NCBI GenBank assembly: GCA_049324475.1
Contig: JBMOOO010000011.1
Coordinates: 163,557-227,556 of the forward strand
From: Pseudomonadota bacterium
GTDB lineage: Bacteria; Pseudomonadota; Gammaproteobacteria; Pseudomonadales; JADFDG01
DNA: 64,000 nt
Direction: 5' to 3'
Under the pieces are notes generated by a model. That model worked only from the letters and a program-made list of their open reading frames with translations, had not been told where the DNA came from and searched no databases. The position numbers were made by a program, and so were the translations under genes. Within the stretch, counting starts at the first letter, position 1. Every line of letters starts with the position of its first letter. Shown in pieces: positions 28,332-37,665 of this stretch.

Positions 28332-29372
28332 TCAGTCGGCGTCGTCGGGCGGGGCGTCGACGCGGTCAGGGCTTCCGTGCCGGTAGGCGCCGGGGGTGAG
28401 CCCGGTCCATTTCTTGAAGGCTCGGTGGAACGTGCTTGGTTCGGAAAAACCCATCAGCTGGGCAATCTCCATGATCGACAGCTGCGGGCGGGCCAGATAG
28501 CCGATGGCGGCATCGCGGCGGATATTGTCCTTGATTTCCTGGTAGGAAGCGCCTTCCTCGCGCAAACGGCGACGGAGTGTCTGCGGGGTCATGCGCAGGC
28601 GCAGCGCCACTTCCTCGAAATCGGGCAGTTCCCGGGAAAAATCCCGGCCGAGACTGGCACGTACCTGGGCCGTCATCGAATTGTCGTTGTCGGGGATGAC
28701 CAGCAGATTGCCCGGCGCCTGGCGCAGGAAGCGCCGCAAGGTGCGCGGTGTCTGGGCAATCGGCCAGGACAGGAACCGTGCCGGGAAGGAGATGGCGTTG
28801 CGGTTGGCCCCGAATTCCAGCGGGCAGTGGAACAGCATGCGGTACTCGTCGAGATGTCGCGGCGCCGGCCAGCGGAATTCGGCACGTGTCAGTGCAATCC
28901 TGTGGTCGACCAGCCAGCCGGCAAAGCGCTGGGCCAGCACCAGCAGCACCTCCACCAGCACGTGATCCGGATCGACGGATTCGTCGTCGAGTGCTACCAC
29001 GATATGGGCGTTTTCACCGTCGCGATGCAGTGACAGGCGCATGTCCGGCAACAGGGTGTCGTAGAAGTGCAACGCATGCACCAGCGCCCGTTGCAGGGTG
29101 GGTTCGTGAATGACGCCGCGACACATCAGCGGGAAGGTTCCCATGGCTGTGCGTCGTACGCCGCCCTGCAGCATGAATTCGTCGTTCAGTGCCCGCATGG
29201 CTGTCAGCGTCAGCGCCAGATACTGATCGTGCGACACCCGGGCACGTGCTTCCTCCAGCACGGCCGGCGGGATGCCTGACTGCGCGAGCAGCGTCGGCAC
29301 GTCGAGACCCGCAGCACGGGCCGAGGACAGTGCGGTGCGGATGTAATTGATGGCGACGCTGCTTTCGGTCAT
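28332..29372 (-). CDS. AraC-family transcriptional regulator (paralog of 41176..42246)
   Basis: C-terminal [74 protein letters not shown]. It is divergent from the CoA-transferase gene. Confidence 0.85.
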   Translation of the reverse strand: MTESSVAINYIRTALSSARAAGLDVPTLLAQSGIPPAVLEEARARVSHDQYLALTLTAMRALNDEFMLQGGVRRTAMGTFPLMCRGVIHEPTLQRALVHALHFYDTLLPDMRLSLHRDGENAHIVVALDDESVDPDHVLVEVLLVLAQRFAGWLVDHRIALTRAEFRWPAPRHLDEYRMLFHCPLEFGANRNAISFPARFLSWPIAQTPRTLRRFLRQAPGNLLVIPDNDNSMTAQVRASLGRDFSRELPDFEEVALRLRMTPQTLRRRLREEGASYQEIKDNIRRDAAIGYLARPQLSIMEIAQLMGFSEPSTFHRAFKKWTGLTPGAYRHGSPDRVDAPPDDAD

Positions 29373-29567
29373 GGCAGGGGATCGGGGTCGGGCGGCCGAC
29401 AGGATATCGACGCCGGCTTGCCAGCGGCAATGTTCTGCATCCGGTCTGCTGACGGCGGACAGGCCTGCTGGCGGGCCCGGTCAGGGATTTGAGCATCCCG
29501 GTCATGGGCCGGCCGGGGTGCGGTCCGTACATTGACGGCGTTTCCGTCCTGTACTCCGGAGTTGCCC

Positions 29568-30761
29568 ATGCCCGCCCAGTCGTCCGGCCCGCTGTCGTCC
29601 CTGAAAGTTCTCGATTTCAGCGCCCTGCTGCCGGGCCCGTTCGGAACCATGGTGCTGGCCGATCTCGGCGCGGAGGTGGTACGCCTGGAATCGCCGAACC
29701 GGCCGGACATGGTCCGCGCCCTGCCGCCGATGGAGGACAATATCTCGGCCTGCCACGCCTACCTGAACCGGTCCAAGAAATCGCTGGCCGTCGATCTCAA
29801 GAAGCCGGAAGGCGTCGAGCTGGTGAAGCGCCTGGTGATGGACTACGACATCGTGGTCGAGCAGTTCCGGCCGGGCGTGATGGATCGGCTCGGTGTCGGC
29901 TACGAAGCCCTGAAGGCAGTCAATCCGCGGATCATTTATTGCGCGATCACCGGCTATGGGCAGGACGGTCCGTACAAGGATCGCGCCGGCCACGATCTCA
30001 ACTATCTGTCGATTGCCGGTGTGACCGGCTACAACGGCCGCAAGGGCAGCGGACCGGCGCCGATCAACGTGCAGGTGGCGGATGTCGCCGGCGGTTCCTT
30101 CCACGCGGTGATGGGCATTCTGGCCGCGGTGATCCACCGGCATCAGACCGGTGAGGGCCAGTTCGTCGATATTTCCATGACGGATGCCGCGTTCTCCATG
30201 CATGCGCTGACGGCACCGCCGGCGCTGGTGGGCGGCATTGAGCCCGAGCTGGAAACGACCCAGCTCAACGGCGGCAGTTTCTATGACTGCTATGAAACGA
30301 AGGACGGCCGCTGGTTCTCGGTGGGCGGTCTGGAACCGCAGTTCTTCGTGCAGTTCTGCGCCGCCATCGGCAAGCCGCAGCTGAGCAGCAAGGGGCTGGT
30401 GCTGCTGCCGGAAATCGTGGCGGAGACCAAGCGGGAAATCGCCGAAGCCATGAGGCAGAAAACGTATGCCGAATGGCAGCAGGTATTTGCGGCGATCGAT
30501 TCCTGCACCGAGCCGGTCCTGACCTTCCTGGAAGCCTGCGAACATCCGCAGCTGAAGGCGCGTGGCATGCTGGTGGACGTACCCAGGCCGGGCGGCGGCA
30601 GCCAGAAGCAGATCGCCAGCGCGATCCGGTTCTCGAAAACGAAGCCCCGCTACGATTACATCGGCGCGCCGCTGGGTGCACACACCGACGCTATCCTGAC
30701 AGCGGCCGGAATGACCGCCGATCAGTTGGCAGCCCTGAGAAAAAGCGGCGTTATCGCCTGA
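29568..30761 (+). CDS. Family III CoA-transferase (CaiB/BaiF; alpha-methylacyl-CoA racemase-like)
   Basis: GGAG 29558-29561 precedes ATG 29568. N-terminal fingerprint LKVLDFSALLPGPFGTMVLADLGAEVVRLE, then GYGQDGPYKDRAGHDLNY and DISMTDA. Confidence 0.8.
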   Translation: MPAQSSGPLSSLKVLDFSALLPGPFGTMVLADLGAEVVRLESPNRPDMVRALPPMEDNISACHAYLNRSKKSLAVDLKKPEGVELVKRLVMDYDIVVEQFRPGVMDRLGVGYEALKAVNPRIIYCAITGYGQDGPYKDRAGHDLNYLSIAGVTGYNGRKGSGPAPINVQVADVAGGSFHAVMGILAAVIHRHQTGEGQFVDISMTDAAFSMHALTAPPALVGGIEPELETTQLNGGSFYDCYETKDGRWFSVGGLEPQFFVQFCAAIGKPQLSSKGLVLLPEIVAETKREIAEAMRQKTYAEWQQVFAAIDSCTEPVLTFLEACEHPQLKARGMLVDVPRPGGGSQKQIASAIRFSKTKPRYDYIGAPLGAHTDAILTAAGMTADQLAALRKSGVIA

Positions 30762-30801
30762 TACCTTCCGCCGGTGACGGCTTTGCCCGTAGGCTTCGGG
30801 C

Positions 30802-31962
30802 ATGGCCCTGCGTTCCCGTTGTGTCCTGCTGTTGCTGGTCCTGTCAGCGCCGGCCGTCGCCGGTGCGACGGCTCCCTGCGGCAACGCGCCTACCGGCCAT
30901 GCACGCTGGTTCGACCACGCCCAGGGCTACTTTTCCGAGCGCGCCTGCGTACCGGCCGTGTGGTTCGACCGGTTTTTCGGGGACGAGCGGGAAGACGATG
31001 TGGCATCTGCCTTTGTGCGGGTGATTCCCTCCGCCCAGTACAGCCAGCGTGACGGATTCGAGTACGGCGTCCGCTTCAAGGCACGGGTGTCGCTGCCGAA
31101 CCTGCGCGACCGCTTCAGCCGGGAACGTCTTAGCCTGGTCGTGGACGATACCGACGAAGATGACAGCCTGTTGCCGGGCGAAGCCGACAGGCCCGGCGGT
31201 ACACCGGGGCTGCGGGAAGGGACATCGGCGGCGTTGCGCTACCTGGTGCGTCTGGGCGACGGCTCCCGCTTCGATATCGATCTCGGTCTGCGCTCGCTGA
31301 AATTCTTTGCGCGGGCCCGCTATGTCACCAGCTGGCAGCATTCACCGATCCTGCAGACCCGCTATACGCAATCGTTCCAGTTCCTGGACGGCGATGGCTT
31401 CGGCGAAACCTCGCTGATCGAAGTGGAGCGCATCCTGCGCTCCGACACGTTGTTGCGCTGGAGTACCCAGGCCACGGTATCGGAAGCCGCCAACGGCCTG
31501 GCCTTGCGCGAAGGCGTGCAGGTCCGGCATCAGCTGGATCCCGATCGCGCGATCAGCTGGGGCATTGCCACCACCATCAATTCCGATCCGGCCTGGAAGG
31601 CCAACAGCTATTCCGCCAGCGTGCGTTACCGGCAGCGCATGTTCCGGCCCTGGTTCTTTGTCGAGGCGGAGCCTTATCTGGACTGGATACGTGCCGACCG
31701 TTTCAACACCAATCCGGGCATCGCGCTGCGGGTCGAGTTCTGGTTCGGTGATACCGGCCGACGCAGGGGCGATACGGCACCGGAAGGCGAAGGCGCCACG
31801 GAGCCGGCAGCACCGCTCCCGGAAGCGCCGGCGCCTGTCGGCGAGCCTGTGCCGGAGGCGGCGGAGTCGCCCGTGGCCGCACCGGAAGACGGTGCAGCAG
31901 CGCCGTCACTCACCGACCCGACGAGCGCCGCCCCGGCTGACGCGCCAGCAGCCAGCCAATGA
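30802..31962 (+). CDS. Exported beta-rich hypothetical protein with an acidic Pro/Ala/Glu-rich tail
   Basis: Signal peptide MALRSRCVLLLLVLSAPAVAGA. Alternating-hydrophobicity segments are present (FDIDLGLRSLKFFARARYV, IALRVEFWFG). C-terminal low complexity: EGATEPAAPLPEAPAPVGEPVPEAAESPVAAPEDGAAAP. The last 53 nt overlap the convergent SH3 gene. Confidence 0.5.
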   Translation: MALRSRCVLLLLVLSAPAVAGATAPCGNAPTGHARWFDHAQGYFSERACVPAVWFDRFFGDEREDDVASAFVRVIPSAQYSQRDGFEYGVRFKARVSLPNLRDRFSRERLSLVVDDTDEDDSLLPGEADRPGGTPGLREGTSAALRYLVRLGDGSRFDIDLGLRSLKFFARARYVTSWQHSPILQTRYTQSFQFLDGDGFGETSLIEVERILRSDTLLRWSTQATVSEAANGLALREGVQVRHQLDPDRAISWGIATTINSDPAWKANSYSASVRYRQRMFRPWFFVEAEPYLDWIRADRFNTNPGIALRVEFWFGDTGRRRGDTAPEGEGATEPAAPLPEAPAPVGEPVPEAAESPVAAPEDGAAAPSLTDPTSAAPADAPAASQ

Positions 31963-32575
31963 TGATGCCGCCGAACACGATCAGCCCGCCGTAGAGCAGG
32001 AAGTCGGAGCGTTCCGAGCTGCCCAGGCGCTCGACTTCGGCCTTCAGTTTCTCGTTGTCGATGCCGAGCGTGACTGCGCGTGCATTCAGCTCGCGATTGG
32101 ATTCCGCGATGCGCTGCGGGCCGGCGGCGTTGAGCTTGAGGTCGCCGAGCTGCTGCAGCGCACTGTCACGTTCTGCCTGGGTCTGGGCCAGGGCCGCGCG
32201 CAGCGACTGCGTCTCCGCTTCCAGATCCTTCAGGCGCGAGCCGCCGGTTTTCTGCTCCCGGTCGATGGCATCGAACCGGGCCTGCAGCTCCAGCAGGCGA
32301 TCGCGTGCGGCCTGTTCTTTCTGCAATTGCGCAGTACTGATCCAGCCTTCCACCTGCTGGAAGCGCACCCGTGCCCATTTGCCGTCCGGCGAGCGCTGCA
32401 GTACTTCCACCGGATTGCCGGAGCTGAGCGGATTGCCGACGGCTTTTGCATCGTTCACCGGGCTGGCGCGCAGCGTGACGGTGATGGAATCCGTGATGTA
32501 CTGCACGTCGGCGTGTGCCGGTGCAATCGCGCACAGCAGGGCAACAAACGGCAGCAGGGACAGGGAACGCAGCAT
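31910..32575 (-). CDS. SH3-domain / coiled-coil / C-terminal TM protein (YgiM-like, TIGR04211-type)
   Basis: Signal peptide, then SH3-like YITDSITVTLRASP...GNPVEVLQRSPDGKWARVRFQQVEGWISTAQL, a long coiled coil, and the TM anchor LLYGGLIVFGGIIIGWLL. Confidence 0.7.
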   Translation of the reverse strand: MLRSLSLLPFVALLCAIAPAHADVQYITDSITVTLRASPVNDAKAVGNPLSSGNPVEVLQRSPDGKWARVRFQQVEGWISTAQLQKEQAARDRLLELQARFDAIDREQKTGGSRLKDLEAETQSLRAALAQTQAERDSALQQLGDLKLNAAGPQRIAESNRELNARAVTLGIDNEKLKAEVERLGSSERSDFLLYGGLIVFGGIIIGWLLARQPGRRSSGR

Positions 32576-32583
32576 CGGGCACC

Positions 32584-32883
32584 TCAGGGCAGTACGCGCC
32601 GGAACGGTTTGACGGTGACGGTACGGAAGACGCCGGCCTCGACATAGGGATCGGCGTCGGCCCAGGCCTGCGCCGCGGCGAGCGACGCGAATTCCGCCAC
32701 GATCAGGCTGCCGGTGAAGCCTGCCGGCCCGGGATTTTCGCTGTCGATGGCCGGATGCGGCCCCGCCAGCACCAGGCGGCCGGCGTCGCGCAGTGCCTCA
32801 AGGCGTGCCAGGTGCGCAGGGCGTGCGGCGAGACGCTTGTCCAGCGAACCCGGGTGGTCTTCACCGGCAATGGCATACAGCAT
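32584..32883 (-). CDS. YciI-family protein
   Basis: 99 aa: [31 protein letters not shown]...[11 protein letters not shown]. It is adjacent to yciB, as in enterobacteria. Confidence 0.8.
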   Translation of the reverse strand: MLYAIAGEDHPGSLDKRLAARPAHLARLEALRDAGRLVLAGPHPAIDSENPGPAGFTGSLIVAEFASLAAAQAWADADPYVEAGVFRTVTVKPFRRVLP

Positions 32884-32885
32884 GT

Positions 32886-33506
32886 TCAGGTCCGTGGTGT
32901 GGAGTCAGGAGGGGTGGCGTCGGCCGGGTTCTCCGCTGCCGTTTCCGGTTCGATCACATGCCGCCACAGCCAGGCGATCAGCGCCACCATGAACACGATG
33001 TTCAGCAGCGGATAGCCGAAGGTCTTGATGTTGACCCAGGTGGCGGTGTCGTAATGTTCAATCACCCAGAGATTGAGCAGTGCGCAGCCGACGAAGAAGA
33101 CGATCGCTGCGGCATTGATCCAGCGCCAGGTGGCGGCCGGCGCCTCGATGCGGGCGCCTTCTCCGATGCGCTCGACTGCCGCCTCGGCGCCGATCCGCAG
33201 CAGGTTGCGGGCGCCGACGAACTCGCTGCCCAGCAGCACGGCAGCGATGATCAGGTCGACGATGGTCGGCTTCCACTTGATGAACTGCTCGTCATGCAGG
33301 GCCAGCGTCAGGCCGCCGAACACCAGCACCACGCCGAATACCGCCAGATGCATGCGGTCGAAACGTCCGAAGGCGGCCCGGCCCAGGACGACCTGCACGG
33401 CACAGGCGGCCATCAGCGCGGCCGTGGCGGTTATGATGTCCTTTCCGGTGAAAGTGAAGACCGCGAAAAACACCAGTGCGGGAAACAGTTCAAACAGGAA
33501 TTTCAT
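32886..33506 (-). CDS. yciB: Inner-membrane septation/phospholipid-homeostasis protein YciB (IspZ)
   Basis: Start ATG 33506. [17 protein letters not shown]...[20 protein letters not shown]...VNIKTFG is collinear with E. coli YciB. Confidence 0.9.
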   Translation of the reverse strand: MKFLFELFPALVFFAVFTFTGKDIITATAALMAACAVQVVLGRAAFGRFDRMHLAVFGVVLVFGGLTLALHDEQFIKWKPTIVDLIIAAVLLGSEFVGARNLLRIGAEAAVERIGEGARIEAPAATWRWINAAAIVFFVGCALLNLWVIEHYDTATWVNIKTFGYPLLNIVFMVALIAWLWRHVIEPETAAENPADATPPDSTPRT

Positions 33507-33539
33507 GGGCAGCCGCAAGACGACAAACGGGGCGGGGCG

Positions 33540-34364
33540 ATGATAGCGGACCTGCACTGCCACTCCCACCGCTCGGACGGCACGCTGGCGCCGGCCGAGG
33601 TGGTGGCGCGTGCCGTGCGGCGCGGCGTCGGGCTGCTGGCCCTGACCGACCACGACACCCTGGACGGCATCGCCGAGGCGCGTGCCGCGGCCATGGCGGC
33701 AGGCCTGCGTTTTGTGGCCGGGGTGGAGATTTCCTGCCGCTGGAACGGCCACGACATCCACGTGGTGGGTCTGAACGTGGATCCGGAGCAGCCGGTACTG
33801 AAGGCCGGCCTGGACGGCCAGCACCGGGCCCGCAGCGAGCGGGGGCGGACCATCGGCGAACGGCTGGCCCGGGCCGGCGTGCCGGGCTGCTGGGAAAAGG
33901 CCTGTGATCTGGCCGGCAACGACCGTCCGGGGCGGCCGCATTTTGCCCGGGCGCTGGTCGAGGCCGGTGCGGCACGGGACGTCGAGCACGCCTTCAACCG
34001 CTTCCTGAAGCAGGGCCAGGTGGCCTATGTGCCCACCCCCTGGGCCACCATCCCGGATGCCGTGGCCTGGATACGCGCGGCCGGCGGCGTGGCGGTGATC
34101 GCCCACCCGGCCCGCTACAAGCTCACCCGCTCGAAACTGCGCCGGCTGGTATCGGAATTCGCGGCGGCCGGCGGCGGTGCCCTGGAAGTGCAGTTGCCGG
34201 GGCAGCAGCCGAACCAGGTGCAGGCCATGGTGCTGCTGGCCAACCAGTTCGGGCTCGCCGGATCCGTGGCCAGCGATTTCCACGGCGGCAGCACGCCCTG
34301 GGCGGAGCTGGGTGCCGCCGGCGAACTGGTTGCCGGCGTACGTCCGGTCTGGGAGTTGTTTTGA
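33540..34364 (+). CDS. yciV: PHP-domain phosphoesterase YciV/TrpH (RNase AM-type)
   Basis: ATG 33540. MIADLHCHSHRSDGTL...LALTDHDTLDG...AHPARY. Confidence 0.85.
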   Translation: MIADLHCHSHRSDGTLAPAEVVARAVRRGVGLLALTDHDTLDGIAEARAAAMAAGLRFVAGVEISCRWNGHDIHVVGLNVDPEQPVLKAGLDGQHRARSERGRTIGERLARAGVPGCWEKACDLAGNDRPGRPHFARALVEAGAARDVEHAFNRFLKQGQVAYVPTPWATIPDAVAWIRAAGGVAVIAHPARYKLTRSKLRRLVSEFAAAGGGALEVQLPGQQPNQVQAMVLLANQFGLAGSVASDFHGGSTPWAELGAAGELVAGVRPVWELF

Positions 34365-34407
34365 CGACGGTTTGCGCTATCGTGCCGGCTGCGTCGAGCG
34401 AGCACCC

Positions 34408-35028
34408 GTGAGCCAGTATTTCAGCATCCACCCCGACAATCCCCAGCACCGGCTGATCAGGCAGGCGGCCGACATCGCGCGTGCCGGTGGCGTGATTGTC
34501 TATCCCACCGACACGGCCTATGCCATCGGCTGCCATCTGGCGGACAAGCAGGCACTGGAGCGCATCGTGCGCATCCGGCGCCTGGATGAGAAACACCTGT
34601 TCACGCTGCTGTGCCGGGACCTCTCCGAAATCGCCACCTATGCGAAGGTCGACAACAGCCAGTTCCGCTTCCTGAAGGCGCACACGCCCGGTGCCTACAC
34701 CTTCGTGCTGCAGGGCACCAATGAAGTGCCGCGCCGGTTGATGCACGAGAAGCGCAAGACCATCGGCATACGGGTGCCGGACAATGTCATCTGCCAGGCC
34801 CTGCTGGCCGAATTGGGCGAGCCGCTGATCACCACCACGTTGCTGTTGCCGGGTGAGGAGTTCCCGCGCACCGATCCGGAGGAGATCCGCGACGCGCTGC
34901 AGAAGCAGGTCGATCTGGTCATCGACGGCGGTTTCGGTTCGCTGGAAGAAACCTCGGTGGTCAGTCTTACCGACGGCGCACCGCAGGTGCTGCGTGCCGG
35001 CGCAGGACCGGTCGATGCCTTTGCCTGA
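34408..35028 (+). CDS. yciO: YrdC/Sua5-fold protein YciO
   Basis: GTG 34408. VSQYFSIHPDNPQHRLIRQAADIARAGGVIVYPTDTAYAIGC...KRKTIGIRVP is near-collinear with E. coli YciO. Confidence 0.9.
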   Translation: MSQYFSIHPDNPQHRLIRQAADIARAGGVIVYPTDTAYAIGCHLADKQALERIVRIRRLDEKHLFTLLCRDLSEIATYAKVDNSQFRFLKAHTPGAYTFVLQGTNEVPRRLMHEKRKTIGIRVPDNVICQALLAELGEPLITTTLLLPGEEFPRTDPEEIRDALQKQVDLVIDGGFGSLEETSVVSLTDGAPQVLRAGAGPVDAFA

Positions 35029-35785
35029 TTTTTTCCGTCGTCGTACCGGTGCCAGCCGCACGCCCGTGAAACGGGGCTGGCGTGCCGCGCTCTGGCGCTG
35101 GTGTCGCCGGCTGGCGGTGCTCGGCATCGTGGTGCTGTTCGTCCTGCCCGTGCTCTGGTTCGTGGTGTTCCGCTTCGTGCCGGTGCCGGTAACCAGCTTC
35201 ATGATCCGTGGCACGGTGACCGGCTGGCTGGAGGACAAGCCCTATACGCTGCACCACGACTGGGTGCCGCTGGCAGACATCAATCCGCACCTGCAGCGGG
35301 CGGTGATCGCCAGCGAAGACCAGAAATTCGCGGAGCACTACGGACTGGACATCGAGGCCATGGAGAAGGCATTGGTCCACAACAAGCGCAGCAAGCGTGT
35401 GCGTGGTGGCAGCACCATCTCCCAGCAGACGGCCAAGAACATTTTCCTCTGGCCCGGCCGCAGCTATGTGCGCAAGGGGCTGGAGGCCTACCTCACCGTG
35501 CTGATGGAAACCCTGTGGAGCAAGGAACGCATCCTCGAGGTTTATCTGAACAGCGCGGAGTTCGGCCGGGGCGTGTATGGCGCCGAAGCGGCTGCCAGGG
35601 TGTATTTCCGCAAACCGGCGGGGAAGCTCACATCCAGGGAATCGGCATTGCTGGCTGCCGTGTTGCCGGCACCGCGCAAGCGAAACCCTGCCCGTCCGTC
35701 ACCGCTGGTGATTTCTCGCGCTGCCTGGATACAGGGGCAGATGGCGCGGCTCGGACCGGTCGAAAAGGCATTCACCGCCGACTGA
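35015..35785 (+). CDS. mtgA: Monofunctional peptidoglycan glycosyltransferase
   Basis: ATG 35015 overlaps the yciO 3' end by 14 nt. GT51 motifs EDQKFAEHYGLD and RGGSTISQQTAKN, with an N-terminal TM segment. Confidence 0.9.
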   Translation: MPLPDFFRRRTGASRTPVKRGWRAALWRWCRRLAVLGIVVLFVLPVLWFVVFRFVPVPVTSFMIRGTVTGWLEDKPYTLHHDWVPLADINPHLQRAVIASEDQKFAEHYGLDIEAMEKALVHNKRSKRVRGGSTISQQTAKNIFLWPGRSYVRKGLEAYLTVLMETLWSKERILEVYLNSAEFGRGVYGAEAAARVYFRKPAGKLTSRESALLAAVLPAPRKRNPARPSPLVISRAAWIQGQMARLGPVEKAFTAD

Positions 35786-35944
35786 CTGCGGTGCTTTCCC
35801 ACGTCGGGTGATGTTTTCGTCTGCTGTCGTCGTTCCGTGCGATGACCACAATGACTGCCGCGCCATGATTCATCCAGGGAGCATGGCGTGCCATCCCTGC
35901 GGATTCATGCAGGGCCGGGTCATCCACACAGGGAGAGTCGTTCC

Positions 35945-36217
35945 ATGAAAGGCATGCTGAAAATCGTTCCGCTCGTTGCCGTACTGCTGTCACTGGGCAT
36001 GGCCGTGCCGGCCACCGCGGCGCCGGTCAACGTCAACAAGGCCAGTGCCGAGGAAATCGATGCTGCGCTCAAGGGCATCGGCCTGAAGACGGCGCGTGCC
36101 ATTGTCACTTTCCGCGAGCAGCAGGGGCCGTTCAAATCGGTCGAGCAGCTGGGTGATGTGAAGGGCGTCGGTGCCAAGACCATCGAGAAGAACCGCGCCA
36201 ACATCAAGCTGCAGTGA
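35945..36217 (+). CDS. ComEA-type helix-hairpin-helix periplasmic DNA-binding protein
   Basis: GGGAGAG lies upstream of ATG 35945. Signal peptide, then VNVNKASAEEIDAALKGIGLKTARAIVTFREQQGPFKSVEQLGDVKGVGAKTIEKN. Confidence 0.8.
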   Translation: MKGMLKIVPLVAVLLSLGMAVPATAAPVNVNKASAEEIDAALKGIGLKTARAIVTFREQQGPFKSVEQLGDVKGVGAKTIEKNRANIKLQ

Positions 36218-36224
36218 GTGTCAG

Positions 36225-36249
36225 CGGGCCGGGCGTGATGTCCGGCCCG
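36225..36249. terminator. Hairpin between convergent genes
   Basis: CGGGCCGG (36225-36232), 9-nt loop, CCGGCCCG (36242-36249), followed by TTCCCTC. It lies between the stops at 36217 (+) and 36255 (-). Confidence 0.5.
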
Positions 36250-36254
36250 TTCCC

Positions 36255-36668
36255 TCAACGGCCGGCCCGTGTGGCCTGCTGCAGTGCTTCGATGCGCCGG
36301 GTTCTTTCCGCCGCCTCGTAGGGCTGCGCCGTGCCGCGTCCCCAGACCGGAGCCGGCCACTCGCTGTCAGTACGGAACCGGGCCACATGGTGCACATGCA
36401 GTTGCGGCACCAGATTGCCGATGGCCGCGACATTCAGTTTGTCCGGCGAGAACAGCTCCCGCAGTGCGCGCTGCAGGGCGACTGATTCGCGGTGCAACTG
36501 GTCGATGTCGGCCGGCTCCAGATCGATGATGTCACGCATGCCATCCCGACGGGGCACCAGGATGCACCATGGAAAGCGCGCATCGTTCATCAGCAGCAGT
36601 TCGCACAACGGCAGGCTGCCGATGCGCACGGTGTCTGCAGCAAGACGTTCGTGAAGCCGGAATGTCAT
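36255..36668 (-). CDS. HIT-family (histidine triad) nucleotide hydrolase
   Basis: ATG 36668 is preceded by AGGAG on the minus strand. Histidine triad: NLVPQLHVHHVAR. Confidence 0.85.
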   Translation of the reverse strand: MTFRLHERLAADTVRIGSLPLCELLLMNDARFPWCILVPRRDGMRDIIDLEPADIDQLHRESVALQRALRELFSPDKLNVAAIGNLVPQLHVHHVARFRTDSEWPAPVWGRGTAQPYEAAERTRRIEALQQATRAGR

Positions 36669-36973
36669 GCGGGTCTCCTGTCTGTACTGGCCGGATGGCG
36701 GGACATTATGCCTGCGCCCCGATTCGGGGCAATTCCGGGAATTGTGCCCCAATATCAGGCGCGCATGCGTGCGCGTGCGCGCATTGCCACAGGTGTCATC
36801 CGGACGGCCGTTGATCGCGTTTTTGCCGGCAATCGCTTGATCCCGTTTGTTGCTGGCCTAGGATTGCTGCTGACCGCGCCTTACGGTGGCAACGAAGCTA
36901 CCGGAAAAATCCTGTCCGGTGCGGTGACGATCGGTGCCAGCCGATTCCGAGAACAAAAACAGGACTCCGTGTC

Positions 36974-37249
36974 ATGGATCAGCAGACACTGCAGAAATTG
37001 TCCCGCCTCCGCATTCTTGCCGGCAAGGAAGGCAAGGAAATGGACCTCGTCAGGTTCGTCTCCGATCGCGACTATGCCCGGGAAGCCCTGACCCGCATCC
37101 TGAGCAGCGACAAGGAAGACGTGGTCCTGCTCGGCATGGAGGTCATGGACATCATGGGGTTGATTCCGGCGCAGCCGGCAGCGGCACCTGCCGCCGGGCC
37201 GAAGGCGGAAGAACCGGCGCCCGACAAGTACGTCCGTTCGCTGCGCTGA
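36974..37249 (+). CDS. Small acidic hypothetical protein
   Basis: 91-aa ORF (MDQQTLQKLSRLRILAGKEGKEMDLVRFVSDRDYAREAL...) with coding-like composition after a less GC-rich spacer. No recognised motif. Confidence 0.4.
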   Translation: MDQQTLQKLSRLRILAGKEGKEMDLVRFVSDRDYAREALTRILSSDKEDVVLLGMEVMDIMGLIPAQPAAAPAAGPKAEEPAPDKYVRSLR

Positions 37250-37261
37250 CCAGACGGCGCT

Positions 37262-37606
37262 CTAGGGGACAATCCGCAGTGCGCGCGCCCGCGCGCGCAG
37301 GCGGATATCGTCCGTGGTATGCCGCGAGAGTGCGAACGCGAGCAGTGTCATGGCCACGATGTCGTCGCCGAAGCCGAGCAGCGGCAGCAGGTCGGTGATG
37401 AAGTCGAAAGGAAACAGGAAATAGGCCACAACCAGCAGGCTGGCCAGTTTCAGCCTGCGCGGCGTGCCGGGCGCACGTGCCGTGTAGTAAAGCCTCAGCA
37501 GCCGTTCGAGCGTACCGCGCAGGAAGCCGCGGAACAGGCCGGGGTGGGGCGGTGGCAGGTCGTTGGTGCCGTTCATGCCGCGCATCATAGACGGCAGGGC
37601 GGGCAA
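37262..37606 (-). CDS. YkvA/DUF1232-family membrane protein
   Basis: Hallmark YFLFPFDFITDLLPLLGFGDDIVAMTLL. The start is uncertain (37606, or ATG 37576). Confidence 0.7.
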   Translation of the reverse strand: MPALPSMMRGMNGTNDLPPPHPGLFRGFLRGTLERLLRLYYTARAPGTPRRLKLASLLVVAYFLFPFDFITDLLPLLGFGDDIVAMTLLAFALSRHTTDDIRLRARARALRIVP

Positions 37607-37611
37607 ACAAG

Positions 37612-37633
37612 AAGGCCGCCCGGAGGCGGCCTT
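37612..37633 (-). terminator. Terminator of the beta-oxidation operon
   Basis: AAGGCCGCC-CGGA-GGCGGCCTT. On the minus strand it is followed by CTTGTTTGCC. It lies 33 nt downstream of the thiolase stop. Confidence 0.65.
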
Positions 37634-37665
37634 TATCGTACCCGTGGAGGGTCATCGACGCGGCA

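Noticed and set aside
36757-36790. Alternating purine-pyrimidine tract GCGCGCATGCGTGCGCGTGCGCGCAT
   Set aside because: It is short, lies in a spacer, and has no partner repeat or adjacent RNA-like structure. It is most likely a compositional accident.
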